Assembly: GCF_009914755.1 (NCBI RefSeq)
Contig: NC_060934.1
Reading direction: 5' to 3' (one strand)
Source of the DNA: the human T2T-CHM13v2.0 reference genome, Homo sapiens
DNA: 64,000 nt
Positions 29,983 through 45,100 of this stretch are shown piece after piece. The notes under the pieces were generated by a model, which was not told the origin of the DNA, searched no databases, and was given only the letters and a program-made list of their open reading frames with translations. A program made the translations under genes and the position numbers. Numbering within the stretch: position 1 is the stretch's first letter; each line of letters starts with the position of its first letter.

Positions 29983-30451
29983 CTGAGAGCCGTGTCCACG
30001 GCTGGTGTCCATGCGTCCCAGGCCCTGCCCCCAGGGACTTCAGTGGAGCCCGCAGCCTGACTCGTAAACTTGCTCAGTATTCTTAAGCCTCCAGCTTAAG
30101 ATGTGGTCATGCTAGATTAGGGTGGGCCTTTAATCCAGGATGCCTGGTGTCCTTGTTAAGAAGAGGAGGGACACATGAGAACTCAGCTGTGTCCTGAGAG
30201 CTGTGTCCTCGGCTGGTGTCCATGTGTCTCAGGCCCTGCCCCCAAGGGCCTCAGTGGAGCCTGCAGTCTGACTTGTGAACTTGCCCAGTATTCTTAAGCC
30301 TCCAGCTTAAGGTGTGGTCATACTGGGTTAGGGTGGGCCTTTAATCCAATATGCGTGATGTCCTTGTTAAGAAGAGGAGGGACGCATGAGAACTCAGCCA
30401 TGTGAGGATGGAGGCAGAAGTGGGTGTTACACGACCACAAGCCAAGGAGTG
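29983..30451. repeat. 211-bp tandem duplication containing a copy of the neighbouring MLT1 segment
   Basis: Units 29983-30187 and 30194-30398. 30307-30451 matches 28313-28457. Confidence 0.88.
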
Positions 30452-31489
30452 GAGGCTCTGGGGCAATTTACCACCCAATTTACCAGAAACTAAAGAGAAA
30501 TGGGCTTCCTTTCTTCCTCTCCTCTATTTCTAAGCGTTATTTTGTACAATCACCCCATAGCCACTGTTGGCGTGAGCCAGGAGGCTTGATCTGTTGGTCT
30601 AGACTGGTATTACAGTTAAGTATTTAATCAGGTCACTTTCAGAGGCTTGGCGGGAGGCCTTTAATCTCTTGGGCATTTTCACATGTCTCATTTGACGAGG
30701 GCCTCTCTGTCTAGAAAGACTGTAGGCTGGAGGCAGAGCTTCCAGCCGTGTTTAGATCCATCAGGTACAGGTGGAATTCCATGGAAGCTTATTTGCATTG
30801 GAATTGATTCTGCAATCCAGGATCAGAGCCTCTTATGGGCTACATTCCATTGACCTGGAATCCCAGAGGGTTAAGAGATGGTTTGCAGTTGGACTGATCT
30901 GGGGATGAACCATTTTCCCCAGATTGCTGGTTGTAATTTTTGGAATTTACCTCACCCTCTATGCTTTGGTGTGCTCACCTGTAAACTGGGGAGAAAAGCA
31001 ATTGCTACCCCTTAGTGTTTTCATGAGGATTCAGTGTTGACACCCAGGAGATATTATCATTTATTGGACTTTGCTCCCTAATCTAGTAGAGAAGTGGACC
31101 ACAGGGTGACAGTTAGGAGCTTCAGAGTGTTTGCTGTTGGCCAGAGAAGGGGCCTGGGGCTCAGTACTCATGGTGGAGTCTCTGGGAAGCTTCACCAAGG
31201 AGGCTCCTGGCGAGCCTTGGAGGACGCCGAGGATGTGGAGGGAAGCAGAGGGAGAGCGGCAGACTGGGAGGAGCCTGAGGGAGGCGCTACCTGGGCTCCA
31301 GCTTCAGATGCATGGGAGAGAGGTTGGGTGAGGGCCAGGAGTGCTCAGGCCCGTTTAACAGGTAGGACTTTTGTCCTGAGAACCTCAGGATGGAGGGACC
31401 ATTGCGGGGAGGGGCAGGGGAAGCAGGCGGGAGGGCACTTCAGGGCACAGTTGTTTAAGTTCATGAATCAGTTGCATGATTTAAAAACA

Positions 31490-32050
31490 AAATAATGAAG
31501 GTGAGAGTCACATAACATGTAGCTAACCGTTAACAAGAACAATTCAGTGGCATTTAGAAGGTCACAGTGTTGTGCAGCCACCGCCACTGCGTAGTCCAAG
31601 ACATTTCTATCACTCCAAAGGAAAGCCATGTACCCATTTAGCAGTTTCTTCTTTTTTTTCCTCTTCCCCCAGCTCCTGGCCACCACCAAACTGTGTTCTG
31701 TGTCTCTGGATTTATCTGTCCTGGTTAGTTCATAAAAATGCAGATCCCACGTGTGTGGTCCTTGTGTCTGCCTTCGTCCATTTAGCGTGCTTATCCACAC
31801 TGTGGCATGGATTGCTGCTTCATTCCTTTCTGTGGTGGAATAGCATTCTGCTGTATGAGTAGACCACGATTTGTTTGTCCATTCCCCTTGTGATGGACTT
31901 GTGGGTTCTTTCCACCTTTTGGCTCTTGTGACTGGTGCTGCTGGGAACATTCATGTCCACATGTGTGTTTGAGCAGGTGCTCAGTTCTCTTGGGTATGGA
32001 CCTCGGAGTGGAATTGCGGGGTCACGTGGCACTTCTGTGTTTCATTTAGT
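31490..32050 (-). mobile_element. Old L1M 3' fragment
   Basis: cagtggcatttag...ttgtgcagccacc...cccattta gcagt...tggaattgcggggtca. Confidence 0.72.
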
Positions 32051-33944
32051 TGCACGATTCTTGGACACAGCAGCAAAGGCTGGCTGAACTTCCTCTGGCC
32101 CAGGCCTGCACTACGTGCTTCACTTCTTACCTCCCTGAGCCTTCCCCGTGACCATCGGGGTGGGGAACAGGTGCCCTTCCCGGGTGGGTTGGCATGGGCG
32201 CCGGTGGTCCTCTTGGCCGCTTTGCTGTTCTGTCTCCTTAGAGGGGATGCAGCGCCTCCTCCTGCATTTCCAGGGCTGGCCCTCTCCAGCCTTGTGAGAC
32301 TGGAGATTCTGATTCTGTGGTTGAAGGCCTTGCATGGGCAAGGCCTGGCCTGGGGTCACTGGCCTCGTGCACAGGAGTCCAGGCCAAGGCAAGGTTTTGC
32401 CAAGGTTGGCATCTAAGACATGTAGAGACAAAGCTGCCTGTGCTGCCCCGATTGCATTAGCCATGGCAGAGAAGTGTGGACATCAGCACAAGGACTCGGG
32501 GCCCAGTCCCTGGTTTTCTCTAGGTGAGTACCCCCTACTGGGTTTTTGGCTATTTGGACATCAGGTGGTTTCTGACAGTTTTGAGATGCTTGACCTGAGG
32601 ACATGAAAGGGGAGCTGATAGAGGACGGACTCCCTGTCTCTTCATCAGATCCTGCAAGGGCCCATCTCCCCTGCCCATGGGCAGTGCCAGCATCAGATTC
32701 CCTGCGTCGAGGATGGGGGCCCCAGGAAGCCAGTTTATTTTGGAGTTGGGAATTCTCTTGGGCTAGTTGCTGCACGCCCACCGAGCCAGGTCTCTGACCC
32801 AGGAGGGATGGAGTATCTCGGAAATAAGATCTGGGCAGTATAATCCCAGAGGATGGTGGGTGGGAGAGACAACAGTGTGTTTTCACTGCAAGCCTCTCAT
32901 GAGCTTAGACTTGGAGAGACATGGATAGAAGCCAGGGGGAGAAGTCCAGACGGGATACTTTCACTTTCTATAAAATTAAAATGAATACCATTCCAGGCTG
33001 TCCTGGAGGAGCATTTGCACGCTGTGCAGCTGTGAGGTTTGGAGGGGTGAAGACACCAGGATGCATGGCTGATCCTTCTCTGTGTGGAAGTCTGTCTTGG
33101 AGCAGTGGGTGGTACCTGGTCTGGTGGCACCGGGGGAAGCGAGGCCCAGAAGTGCAGGTTCAGGAGCCCGAGCTGAGCTGAGCACAGGGAACACAACAGT
33201 GTGTTTTTGCTGGAAGCCTCTCATGGGCTCAGACTTGGAGAGGCATGGATAGAATCCAAAGACAGAAGCCCCCACTGGGGTTGGGGTGGGGCCTCATCTG
33301 TTGAATGGGGTGGTCGACTTTCCAGGAGTTTTCCAGCTCCACATTCCCATGTATTTCAGGGAAGCCATTCTGAAGCGGGAGGTGGTACAGCACAGAGTTT
33401 ATGCAGTCAGGCTCTGGCGGACGGCCTTCCTGTCACTTCCAGGAACCAATGTGTCTTCATCTATCGACTGAGGATATGCGTGGCCCCTGCTCTCCCTGGG
33501 CTTCGGGAGGATGCAGAGTCACTGGAAAGTGCTTAATCTTGTGCCTGGTACAGAGTACCTGGCATTATTATTAGCCCAGCCAGCTCAAACTCAATCTCCC
33601 CTTCCAGAGGTTACTTAGAAAGGTAACAAAGAATTGTCAGGTAGTAGAAAGGCATTAAGTCTTTTGTTAGCAAGATGGAATAAAAGTGGGCCACTGAGAC
33701 AGTTCATAGAATATTGATGGAGACGCTGATGACTCCTGAGATGCTACGTATTGGATGTGTGGATTCTGGAAGGTTGAGGATAGTCAAAGCTGAACTCCAG
33801 AATCAGTATTCAGAGTGCTTGATTATCTGAGCCCACAGGCCTAGCATTGAAGGAACCTCCTGCAGGCTAAATGTGAAGTTTAAAATTAGGGACTTGGATC
33901 AGCTGATGACTGCAAAATAGCAGAGAAGGGCCTTCAAAGCCATG

Positions 33945-34075
33945 CTGGGGCGGGGTGTGTTGGCATGCGCCTAGTCTCAGCTATGCCGAAGGCTGAGGCA
34001 GGACGATTATGAGTTCAAGCCCAGCCTGAGCAAAATAGTAAGACCCGTGTCTCCAAAAAACAGAACAAACAAAAA
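33945..34075 (+). mobile_element. Alu monomer (FLAM/FAM-like)
   Basis: aggctgaggcaggacgat...gagttcaag...cagcctgagcaa, A-rich tail. Confidence 0.65.
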
Positions 34076-35510
34076 TCCTGTCCTCCCGGGAAGACCTAGA
34101 GATTGCTTTTGACTAAACCCAATCAACAGGCTGATAGGATTTCTCGAAAAGTAAAATTAGCACCATTCCAGGCTGAACTGGAGGAGCATTGGAACACTGC
34201 AGCTGTGAGGTTTGGAGAGGCGGAGACACCAGGATATGTGGCCGTGTGGGACTCTGTCTTGGAGCAGCGGGTGGGACCTGGTCTGGTGGCACCAGGGGAA
34301 ACAAGGCCCAGCAGTGCAGGTTCCAGAGCCCCTGTTGAGCTGAGCTTAGGAGGCCCTTTGTGGTAGGTAAGGGGTGGACCGTCGCTGAAGTACCACGGCC
34401 CTCACTGGTAGAGGTGGGCGCACTGGGCCACTGGCTGATGCACAGGGCACAGGCGACTGCAGAATATCTCCAAGTCCCTCTCCGCTTGACATTTGGTTCA
34501 ATTACTGCCAGACTTGGGGGAACTTTCCCTCACCGCAGGTGCCCAGAGTTCAGATCAGGCCAAGAACTGGGCCCAGTGTCACCGTCAGCTCCTGGCCAAC
34601 TCCTCCCCTCCTGCTCTGGGGTCTCTCGTATATGTGTCCTTCAGTCCTTTTTCCATAGGTTGGCCTGGATATATGTGGAGGAGTCTGAGGCATTTTTGAG
34701 CTTGTGGAGGAGGACTGGGAGGACCTTGGCTTTGGATGTCTGGACAAGCAGAAGGCCCAGGGCCAGGGCCTTGATGTGGGGACCTTCCTCTGGGAGGCTG
34801 CCAATGTGGCAGGGCTTCCCACAATCAGGACAGATTCTGTGGAGGTGTTGAGATTTGCAGCTCTTGTGGGTGCGTTGAGGTGAAAGTACAACTTCATTTT
34901 AGGGGAAACAAATGTTTCTGATCAAAATGGTTAATGTTTGTGCTGTGTAGTAGATGCCTACAGCGGCAGCCTCTCCCAGTGGACACCTTTCGTTGGGTGA
35001 AGCTGTTACTGTAAGTGCCAAGATGAGAAATGATACTGTCTGTCCTTAAGGATTTAACTTTTGCCACTGTCAGAGGGGTAAGGAAGAAGCCAGCCTGGGC
35101 CCTTCGGTGTCCTCTAGAGCTGGGTTGCCTCCTGCCTGTAAAAGTTAAACAATGTAAGAATGCACAAGGATTCTGTAGAGCTCCCTGTACTTCCTGGGTT
35201 TTGCATGTGGCATTTGCTGAGGGTTCCCTGTCCTGCCTGCTGGCCTAGGGAGGGGGTAAAAAGATGGAGGAAGCAGGACATTGATTTTGGAGTGCCCTGA
35301 GTCAGCCCCCCGGATGAGCAGGAGGACATACATGCAGGGCAAACGGGAGGTTCCGCCCCTGGAAATGATGAGGTGTGTATTCCTTCTGCTTCTCTTTGAG
35401 GCATTGATGTTTTGTGGGAGGAGGGAGACATTTGCTGAGGGGCCATTTGAACCTCTCCAACATGAATTCTCCATTGATCTTATAATAGTGAATTTGAAGC
35501 TATTTTAATC

Positions 35511-35802
<292 letters not shown>

Positions 35803-35825
35803 CTATTTTACTCTTAAAACTCAGA

Positions 35826-35868
35826 TTTTTTTTTTTGAGACTAAGTTTCACTCTTGTTGCCCAGGCTG
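35826..35868 (-). mobile_element. Extremely 5'-truncated Alu (~30 nt plus tail) with TSD
   Basis: T-tract + gagactaagtttcactcttgttgcccaggctg, flanked by aaaactcagatttt/aaaactcaaatttt. Confidence 0.75.
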
Positions 35869-36434
35869 AAAACTCAAATTTTATATATAGTATTTCTATT
35901 GTCTTTAGTCTAAACAGGATCTAGATTTTTATTACCAAAACAAAACAGCCTGGCACCTGCCTTGTCATTTGTGCTTCTGAGAAAGGGGCACCGTTGATGT
36001 TGAGTCAGAACCTGTGTGACAAATGCTACGCTCAGGGGTAGCCTTGAGTGTGACCCACGTGCTGTGGGGCTCGCCCCGACACCACTGGGGCTCTGTTGCA
36101 GGCTCCCACCTTCGGAGAGAAGCCGTGCACCATTCGACTCACTTTTTCATAATCGTAACACTTGGTCGTTTAGAATCCAAAGCTGATAAATTCTGCAAAT
36201 ACCCAAAGACGAGTTATAACATTATCTTTAAAAATCACTGATACCTGACATGGAGCCATACATTTGGAGCAAGACTGGGCAATCTCTTTAAATCCACATT
36301 GCAGGTTTTTTGTTTTGTTTTTTTCCTGTTGAAAAGATGTGTGTCAACTTAACCTACTTTCGTACCTGCTGTGAGTCTAACTTTGTGCATGGCTTGCTAG
36401 CACAGCTAGTCACAGCCTATTTGGAATTTACGAG

Positions 36435-36458
36435 TTTTTTTTTTTTTTTTTTTTTTTT
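36435..36458. repeat. Poly(T) tract (~24)
   Basis: Direct read. Confidence 0.9.
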
Positions 36459-36487
36459 GTCTTCTTGATAAAGCCCTGTGCACATAG

Positions 36488-36800
<313 letters not shown>

Positions 36801-37672
36801 AGAGAGAAATATAAAACTTTTTTTGGAATGTAGACTATTATATCATAACCACATAAAAAGCCTCAATTAGGATGTTGCTGATTTTTATCTAGAGATTGTC
36901 CATGAAGAACTCCGTGAAGTTGGAAGAACAGCTGTAAATATTAATATACTTTGCTTAGTGATTGTGTGGCTTTAATCTACACTGTGTTCATGTGTGCTGG
37001 GTTTGTGCAGCCCCCTGCAGTAGGGCCGGAAGTTGGAGATCATAATTGCTCTATGCCAAATCTTGGCTGGCAGCCCCCAGAGGAGTTCTGGCTTGCATCC
37101 ATGTAGGAGGGCCTGGGAGATGCAGATTGGAGGCTTGTTCTTTAAAGGCCCAGTGGGGGTCTGGCCTGCCCTGCCCTCTGTGCTGCTGCTGGGACGTCCA
37201 GCCAGGCTGAGCCACATCCTTGAGCTGTCAGAGAGTGATGATGTCCTCTTCTCTCAACCTGGAATGCACCTTCCTCACCAGCAGCTCTTCCTTCCTTCCG
37301 CCTCTCTCCTTTCCTTCCTGTGTGTTCTGCTGTTTGCCTAACTTCTCTCTATCCCTTGGATACTTGCCTTCCTGTGGTTAAGGTGCCCCTACTCTGAGCT
37401 GTCCCAGCATCCTGTGAATCAGAGGGCAGTGCTGAATACTGCCTTGGGATCGCCTGGTTCCTGGGCCATCTCCACCATCTAACTCCATGAGGATAAGGGC
37501 AGCATCTGCCCTGCAGGCATCTACTGCCATCCTTGCCACAGGGCTGGTGCTTAGTAAATATTTGTTGAATGGACGAGGCTGAAATGTGTAAACTGCATGA
37601 ACTTTTTAAAGATTTGTGTGAGCACTGTTGCAAAATGTTTGAAAGTAGGGCTGTTCTGGAAAACAGTGGCAT

Positions 37673-37971
37673 TTTTTAATTTTTTTAGACAAGGCCTCAC
37701 TTTGTCATCCAGGCTGGAGTGCAGTGGCACAGTCATAGCTCACTGCAGCCTTGAACTCCTAGGCTCAAGTGATCTTCCCACCTCAGCCTCCCCAGTAATT
37801 GGGACTACAGGTGCACACCACCATACTTTGCTAATTTTTAAACATTTTGTACAGACAGGGTTTTGCTATGTTGCCCAGGCTGGTCTCAAATTCTTGGCCT
37901 CAGCTCAGGTGATCCTTGTGTCTCAGCCTCCCAAAGGATTGGGATTGCAAGCGTGAGCCACTGTGCTTGGC
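37673..37971 (-). mobile_element. AluJ
   Basis: catagctcactgcagccttgaactcctaggctcaag. Confidence 0.85.
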
Positions 37972-37974
37972 TGT

Positions 37975-38305
37975 AGACTTTTTGTGTTAAAAGGCCAGAA
38001 AGTAAATATTTTAGGTTTTGTGGGCCATCATGGTTTCTGCTGCAGCTACTCAGCTCTGCCATTGTAACACAAAAGCAGCCACAGACAGTGCATAGGCTCA
38101 TAAGCATGGCTGTGTTCCAATAAAACTTTATTTATAGACAGTGAAATTTGTATATACTCTATAGTTTTTGCATGTCATGAAACATTCTTATTTTGATTTT
38201 TTCCAAAGTATTTAAAAACATAAAAACCATTCTTAGCTCACAGGAGTACAAAAACTGGTGACAGTGAGATTTGGCTTCTAACCTGTAGTTTGCCCACCTC
38301 TGGTA
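37975..38305. mobile_element. MER58-like hAT DNA transposon
   Basis: aaaggccaga..gtaaatattttaggttttgtgggcca...ggctgtgttccaataaaactttattta...gtagtttgccc. Confidence 0.75.
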
Positions 38306-39711
38306 TTGGTTCAAAGTATTTCATGACAAAGACTCCCATTTATAAAGAATGCAAAACATTAGTGTAAAATCAGAGAAAAATGATCAAACTTATTGGGAGA
38401 AGTAGATTCCCAAACTGTTCCCTGGTGAACATGTGTGCTTACTTCTTTTTCCTTTATTTTATAAAATTGTGGCAAAACATACATACCATGAAATTTACTG
38501 TCTTAACCATTTTTAAGTGTACAGTTCAGTGGTATTAAGGACATTCATGTTGTGCAAACAGCAGCACCATTCGTCACCGGAACTCTTTTCATCTTCCCCA
38601 AAGCAACTCTGTGCCCATCAGACACTAACCCTCCCTTCCCCCTCTTCCTAGCCTCTGGCAGCCACCATTCTAGGAACGAATCTAGGAACTTCATAATCAA
38701 ATGGCATTTGTCATTTTGTGAGTGGCTTATTTCACTTAGTTTAGACGACTCTAGGAACTTCATAATCAAATGGCATTTGTCATTTTGTGAGTGGCTTATT
38801 TCACTTAGTTTAAAGCCCTAATGGTTCACTGTATTTTAGCATATGTCGTAATTTCCTTTCTTTGTAAGGCTGAATAATATTCCATTGTTTGTATATGCCA
38901 GTTTTGCTTATCCATCCATTGCCAACGGATACTTGGGTTGTCTCCATGTTTTAGCTCTTGTGAATAATGCTGCTATGAACATGGGTGTACAAATATCTCT
39001 TCAAGACCCTGATTTCACTTATTTTGAGTGTGTACCCAGAAGTGGAATTGGTAGGTCATATAGTAATTCTATTTTTAGTTTTTTGAGGGACTGCTGTACT
39101 GTTTTCTATAGTGGCTCTATCTGTTTTACATTCCCACCACTAGTACACAGGGGTTTGAGTTTCTCCACACTTGTTTTTCTCCAACACTTGTTATTTTCTG
39201 TTTTTTTTTTTGTCTTCTTTTTAATCATAGCCATTCTTATGGGTGTGAAGTGGTATCTTACTGTCCTTTTGATTTTCATTTTCTTAAGGGTTAGTGATGT
39301 TGAGCTTTTTTTTCATGAGCTTATTGATCATTTGTGTATCTTTTTGGAGAAATGTTTATTCAAGCTCTTTGCCCATTTTTAATGTTTCTTTGTTTTTATT
39401 GAGTTGTAGGAATTCTTTATTCTGGATATTAAGCCCTTAGTGGATATAGGATTTGGAAATATTTTATCCCATTCTGTGGTGTTGCCTTTCTACTCTGTTG
39501 ATAGTCTCCTTTGATACACAAAAGTTTTTAATTTTGATGAAGTCCAACTTCTTTATCTTGTTATTGTTGTTTTCTGTGCACTTGAGGTCATATCCAATAA
39601 ATAATTGCCAAATCCAGTGCCTCGAAGTTTTTCCCCTGTTTCCTGCTAAGAGTTTTACAGTTTTAGCTCTTGTGCTTAGGCCTTCTGTCCATTTTGAGTT
39701 AACTTTTGTGA

Positions 39712-40034
<323 letters not shown>

Positions 40035-40249
40035 TGGCTTCATTTTTTTGCTTGTGAATATCCAGTCTTCAGCCATTTGTTGAAACCATTTATTGTTCTT
40101 TCCCATTGAATGGTCTTGGCTCTCTGTTGAAACCGTTTGACCTTATACGTGAGGATTTATTTCCGGGCTCTCTATTCTCTTCTATTGGTCTCTGTATATC
40201 TGTCTTTACGGCAGCTGTTTTGATTGACACTTTTGATTATGAGTTCTTT

Positions 40250-41018
40250 CTTAGTCCATTTGTGCTGCTAGGACAACATACATGAGACTGGATAGTTTAT
40301 AAATAACAGCAATTTATTCTCATAGTTCTGGAGGCTGGGAAGTCCAAGATCAAGGCACTAGCAAATTCTGTGTCTAATGACGGCTGCTCCCTGCTTCCAA
40401 AATGGCACCTTGCTGCTACATTCTCCAGAGGGGATGAACACCGGAGGGGATGAAGACAGGAGGGGATGAACACCAGCGGGGATGAGCACCGGAGGGGATG
40501 AACACAGGAGGGGACGAACACAGGAGGGGATGAACACCAGAGGGGATGAGCACTGGAGGGGATGAACACAGGAGGGGACGAACACAGGAGGGGACGAACA
40601 CCTGAAAGGATGAACACGGGGGGACGAACACTGGGGGGGCGAACACCTGGGGGGACAAACACCGGGGGGGATGAGCACCGGAGGGGACGAACACCGGAGG
40701 GGATGAACACCTGAAGGGATGAACACGGTGGGGGGATGAACACCGGGGGGGGGACGAACACCGGAGGGGACGAGCACCGGAGGGGATGAACACAGGAGGG
40801 GATGAACACCGGAAGGGATGAACACTGTGCCCTCACATGGCAGAAGGGATGCAAGGGAAGGAACCCCCTTCCTTAAGCTCTTCTATAAGGGGCCTGATTC
40901 CATCCGTGAAGGTTTCATCCTCCTGATTTAGTCACCCCTCAAAGTCCCACCATTTAAAACGATGACATTGGCTATTGAGTTTCAACACATGAATTCTGGG
41001 GGACATCAGACCATAGCA
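40250..41018 (-). mobile_element. MaLR LTR (MST/MLT1A-like) containing an internal VNTR
   Basis: cttagtccatttgtgctgcta...atttattctcatagttctggaggctgggaagtccaagatcaagg...tttcaacacatgaatt...cagaccatagca. Confidence 0.8.
40427..40826. repeat. 16-bp G-rich minisatellite, ~25 copies
   Basis: ggaggggatgaacacc / ggaggggacgaacaca variants. Confidence 0.93.
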
Positions 41019-41956
41019 GTAGCTTTGTACTAAATTTTGAAATCAGGAAGTGCAAGTCCGCTAGCTTTGTTCTTTTTCAAGATTGTTTTGGCTATTCAGG
41101 GTCCTTTGAGATTTCATCTAAATTCTAGGATGAATTTTTCTATTTCTGCATGTACCTGTTTACTTTTGCTGTATTTCTTAGGCTGGTAGGTTAAGGGACA
41201 TCAGTGTTTTTACTTTAACTTAAAGTTATCTTTTAATTTTTCTCTCGTTTGTAGCAGCTTGATTTAGTAATCACTCACCTCAGGTGATCCTCCTGCCTCG
41301 GCCTCCCAGAGTGCTGGGATTACAGGCGTGAGCCACCGCGCCTGACCCAAAATACCTATTTTAGAAAACAAACTCTTCAGTCCAGATGAGTCCGAGTCGT
41401 CACGAGACCAGTGTTCTGTGATGGGCTGTAGTTCAGGGAAGTGGATTAGTGCTGCTGCTTTCATTCCTTTGGATGCTTTGGTTTGGTGTTTGTTAATCCC
41501 AGAAGTCAGATTATTAGGCCTTTCTGTATTTGGGTCCCTCTCTCGGCAGCTGTAAGTGTGACGCATGTCCCCAATGAAGGAGACTGCTTCCTTTGTCCTT
41601 TGAAGGCCACGCCTACCTTGTTGCCTGAATAGGAGCCTCCATGAGCTGGTGGCTGCATTTAGCCCTGAGTTGGGGCTGGCATTGGGAGAGTCTAGGGTAA
41701 GACAGATTTGGAGGAGAAGCAAGAAGGAGAAGGGTGCAACTCCTCTCTAGTGCCTTTCCAACCTTTGAGAATTGTTTTTCACAAATGATGTTTTTGCCTC
41801 TAATCTGGTTATTTCTTTGTAGTCTCAGTAATGGATAAGAAATTTGCCCTGTGAATTAATCACGGTTTACAGGGATGATGGCAGAATCAAAGTATTTGGG
41901 GATTCAGTGATTTGCCTTGCTTTGTAATTTTGGTTTAATTTGCAGTTGGGAGTTGA

Positions 41957-42469
<513 letters not shown>

Positions 42470-43161
42470 TAATTAGTTTATCAAGTAAAATTTGACTTGT
42501 ATTGACAAGAACTGGAGTTGTGATAGCAAACAGTAATTGCTAACTCTATCTTATCAGGGAAATCAAAAGCGTCTATTGAATTACAGTGACTCTATTATAT
42601 TGCCCTGTAACCTCACCAAGATGATTCTTCGGAGGATGATTAAATGTAGTCATGAATCCATATATATGAGAAAGCAAACAGATGGATAAACAACCAAAGT
42701 AATTATCATCTGTACATTCACATTTTTCCATCACAATATTTCAGGGACCTGCTGGTCCAGAGTCATCTGTTTGGTCATTGTCTGGGAGGATGACATTCTT
42801 CATAAAATGTGCTCGGTTGGTTTATCTGCCGTGCAGTGTTACCAGAGGGCATTTCAGCTGTTTAAACTCCCAGAAAGTGTTGGTAGCTTCCTTGTTTTTA
42901 TTGGTGTCTAGTGGACACAGGGGACAAGAGTAAGTTTGATGGGATGTATCCTGTGGTTATGAGAGGAGATGCTATACTGTGTAAAGAAACCTCTAAAAAC
43001 CAGTTTAAAAAGATTGTTTTATGGATAGATTGCATTACCTAAATTCTGATGAAATATTTCATTTCATGGTGCTAGTTTTAACTTTAGTCTTTTAAAACAC
43101 AAAAGTAAAACCAATCCAACAACAAAAACATCTTCAAAACCGCAGTTAAACAGCATCTGTG

Positions 43162-43608
<447 letters not shown>

Positions 43609-43713
43609 TTATTCTCTTTTAAGCTGCTTTGTTTAAAGGATTCTAAAGTCACATCATGAGGAGGGGAGAGCCAAGAGGGTGTCGGATGTGTGTTGTCACT
43701 CTGATATTTGCTC

Positions 43714-44009
<296 letters not shown>

Positions 44010-44276
44010 GATATTTGCTCATTTTCTGAGTGTTTTGTGAGTCCTGAGGAATGAGCTCAAGGAGGAGATGGGTTCATTCCTTCTTCTAGGTTTCTTTTCG
44101 AGTGGGGTGAAGCTCACTTTTAGTTTCAGGTGGAAGCTGTGCACTGGATTCATTTGGGAGCAGGTTGGCAGGTAGAACAGTAGAATAAATCGTGAAGACC
44201 TACAAGCGTTAGAATGCGAGAGGAATGGATGGAGCTGCTCCTTCCTTCTGATTTGCAGGAAGTTTCCTTAATGGAA

Positions 44277-44318
44277 CGAGCCAGCCCCGAGGGAGCCGAG
44301 CCAGCCCCGAGGGAGCCG
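44277..44318. repeat. Perfect 20-bp tandem duplication
   Basis: cgagccagccccgagggagc x2. Confidence 0.9.
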
Positions 44319-44630
44319 TCATCTGGGACCCTGGGATCTGCGATGCAGCAGAGTTCCATTATCCCGTTTATTTTTACTGTAAATACACTCAATGTTACAC
44401 AAATTCATTAAAAGATAAGCATGATCTGTCCTGTTGGGAAGCTTCTAATGGAAAGTAGGGGATAGCTGATGATTCCTCTGGATGGGCGTTTATTTGCAAG
44501 ATGTTTCTTTCCAGAAAATGCTTAACTAGATTACATGTTTCATGACCTCAGTATAAATTCTTTTAGTTTTCCTGACCTTTTGTGATTTTAGTTACTATCC
44601 TAAAATATATTGATTTCTTTTTCTTGTTCA

Positions 44631-45100
<470 letters not shown>

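Noticed and set aside
40297-40854. 125-185 aa minus-strand ORFs
   Set aside because: Products of the 16-bp VNTR, which lacks stops on the C-rich strand.
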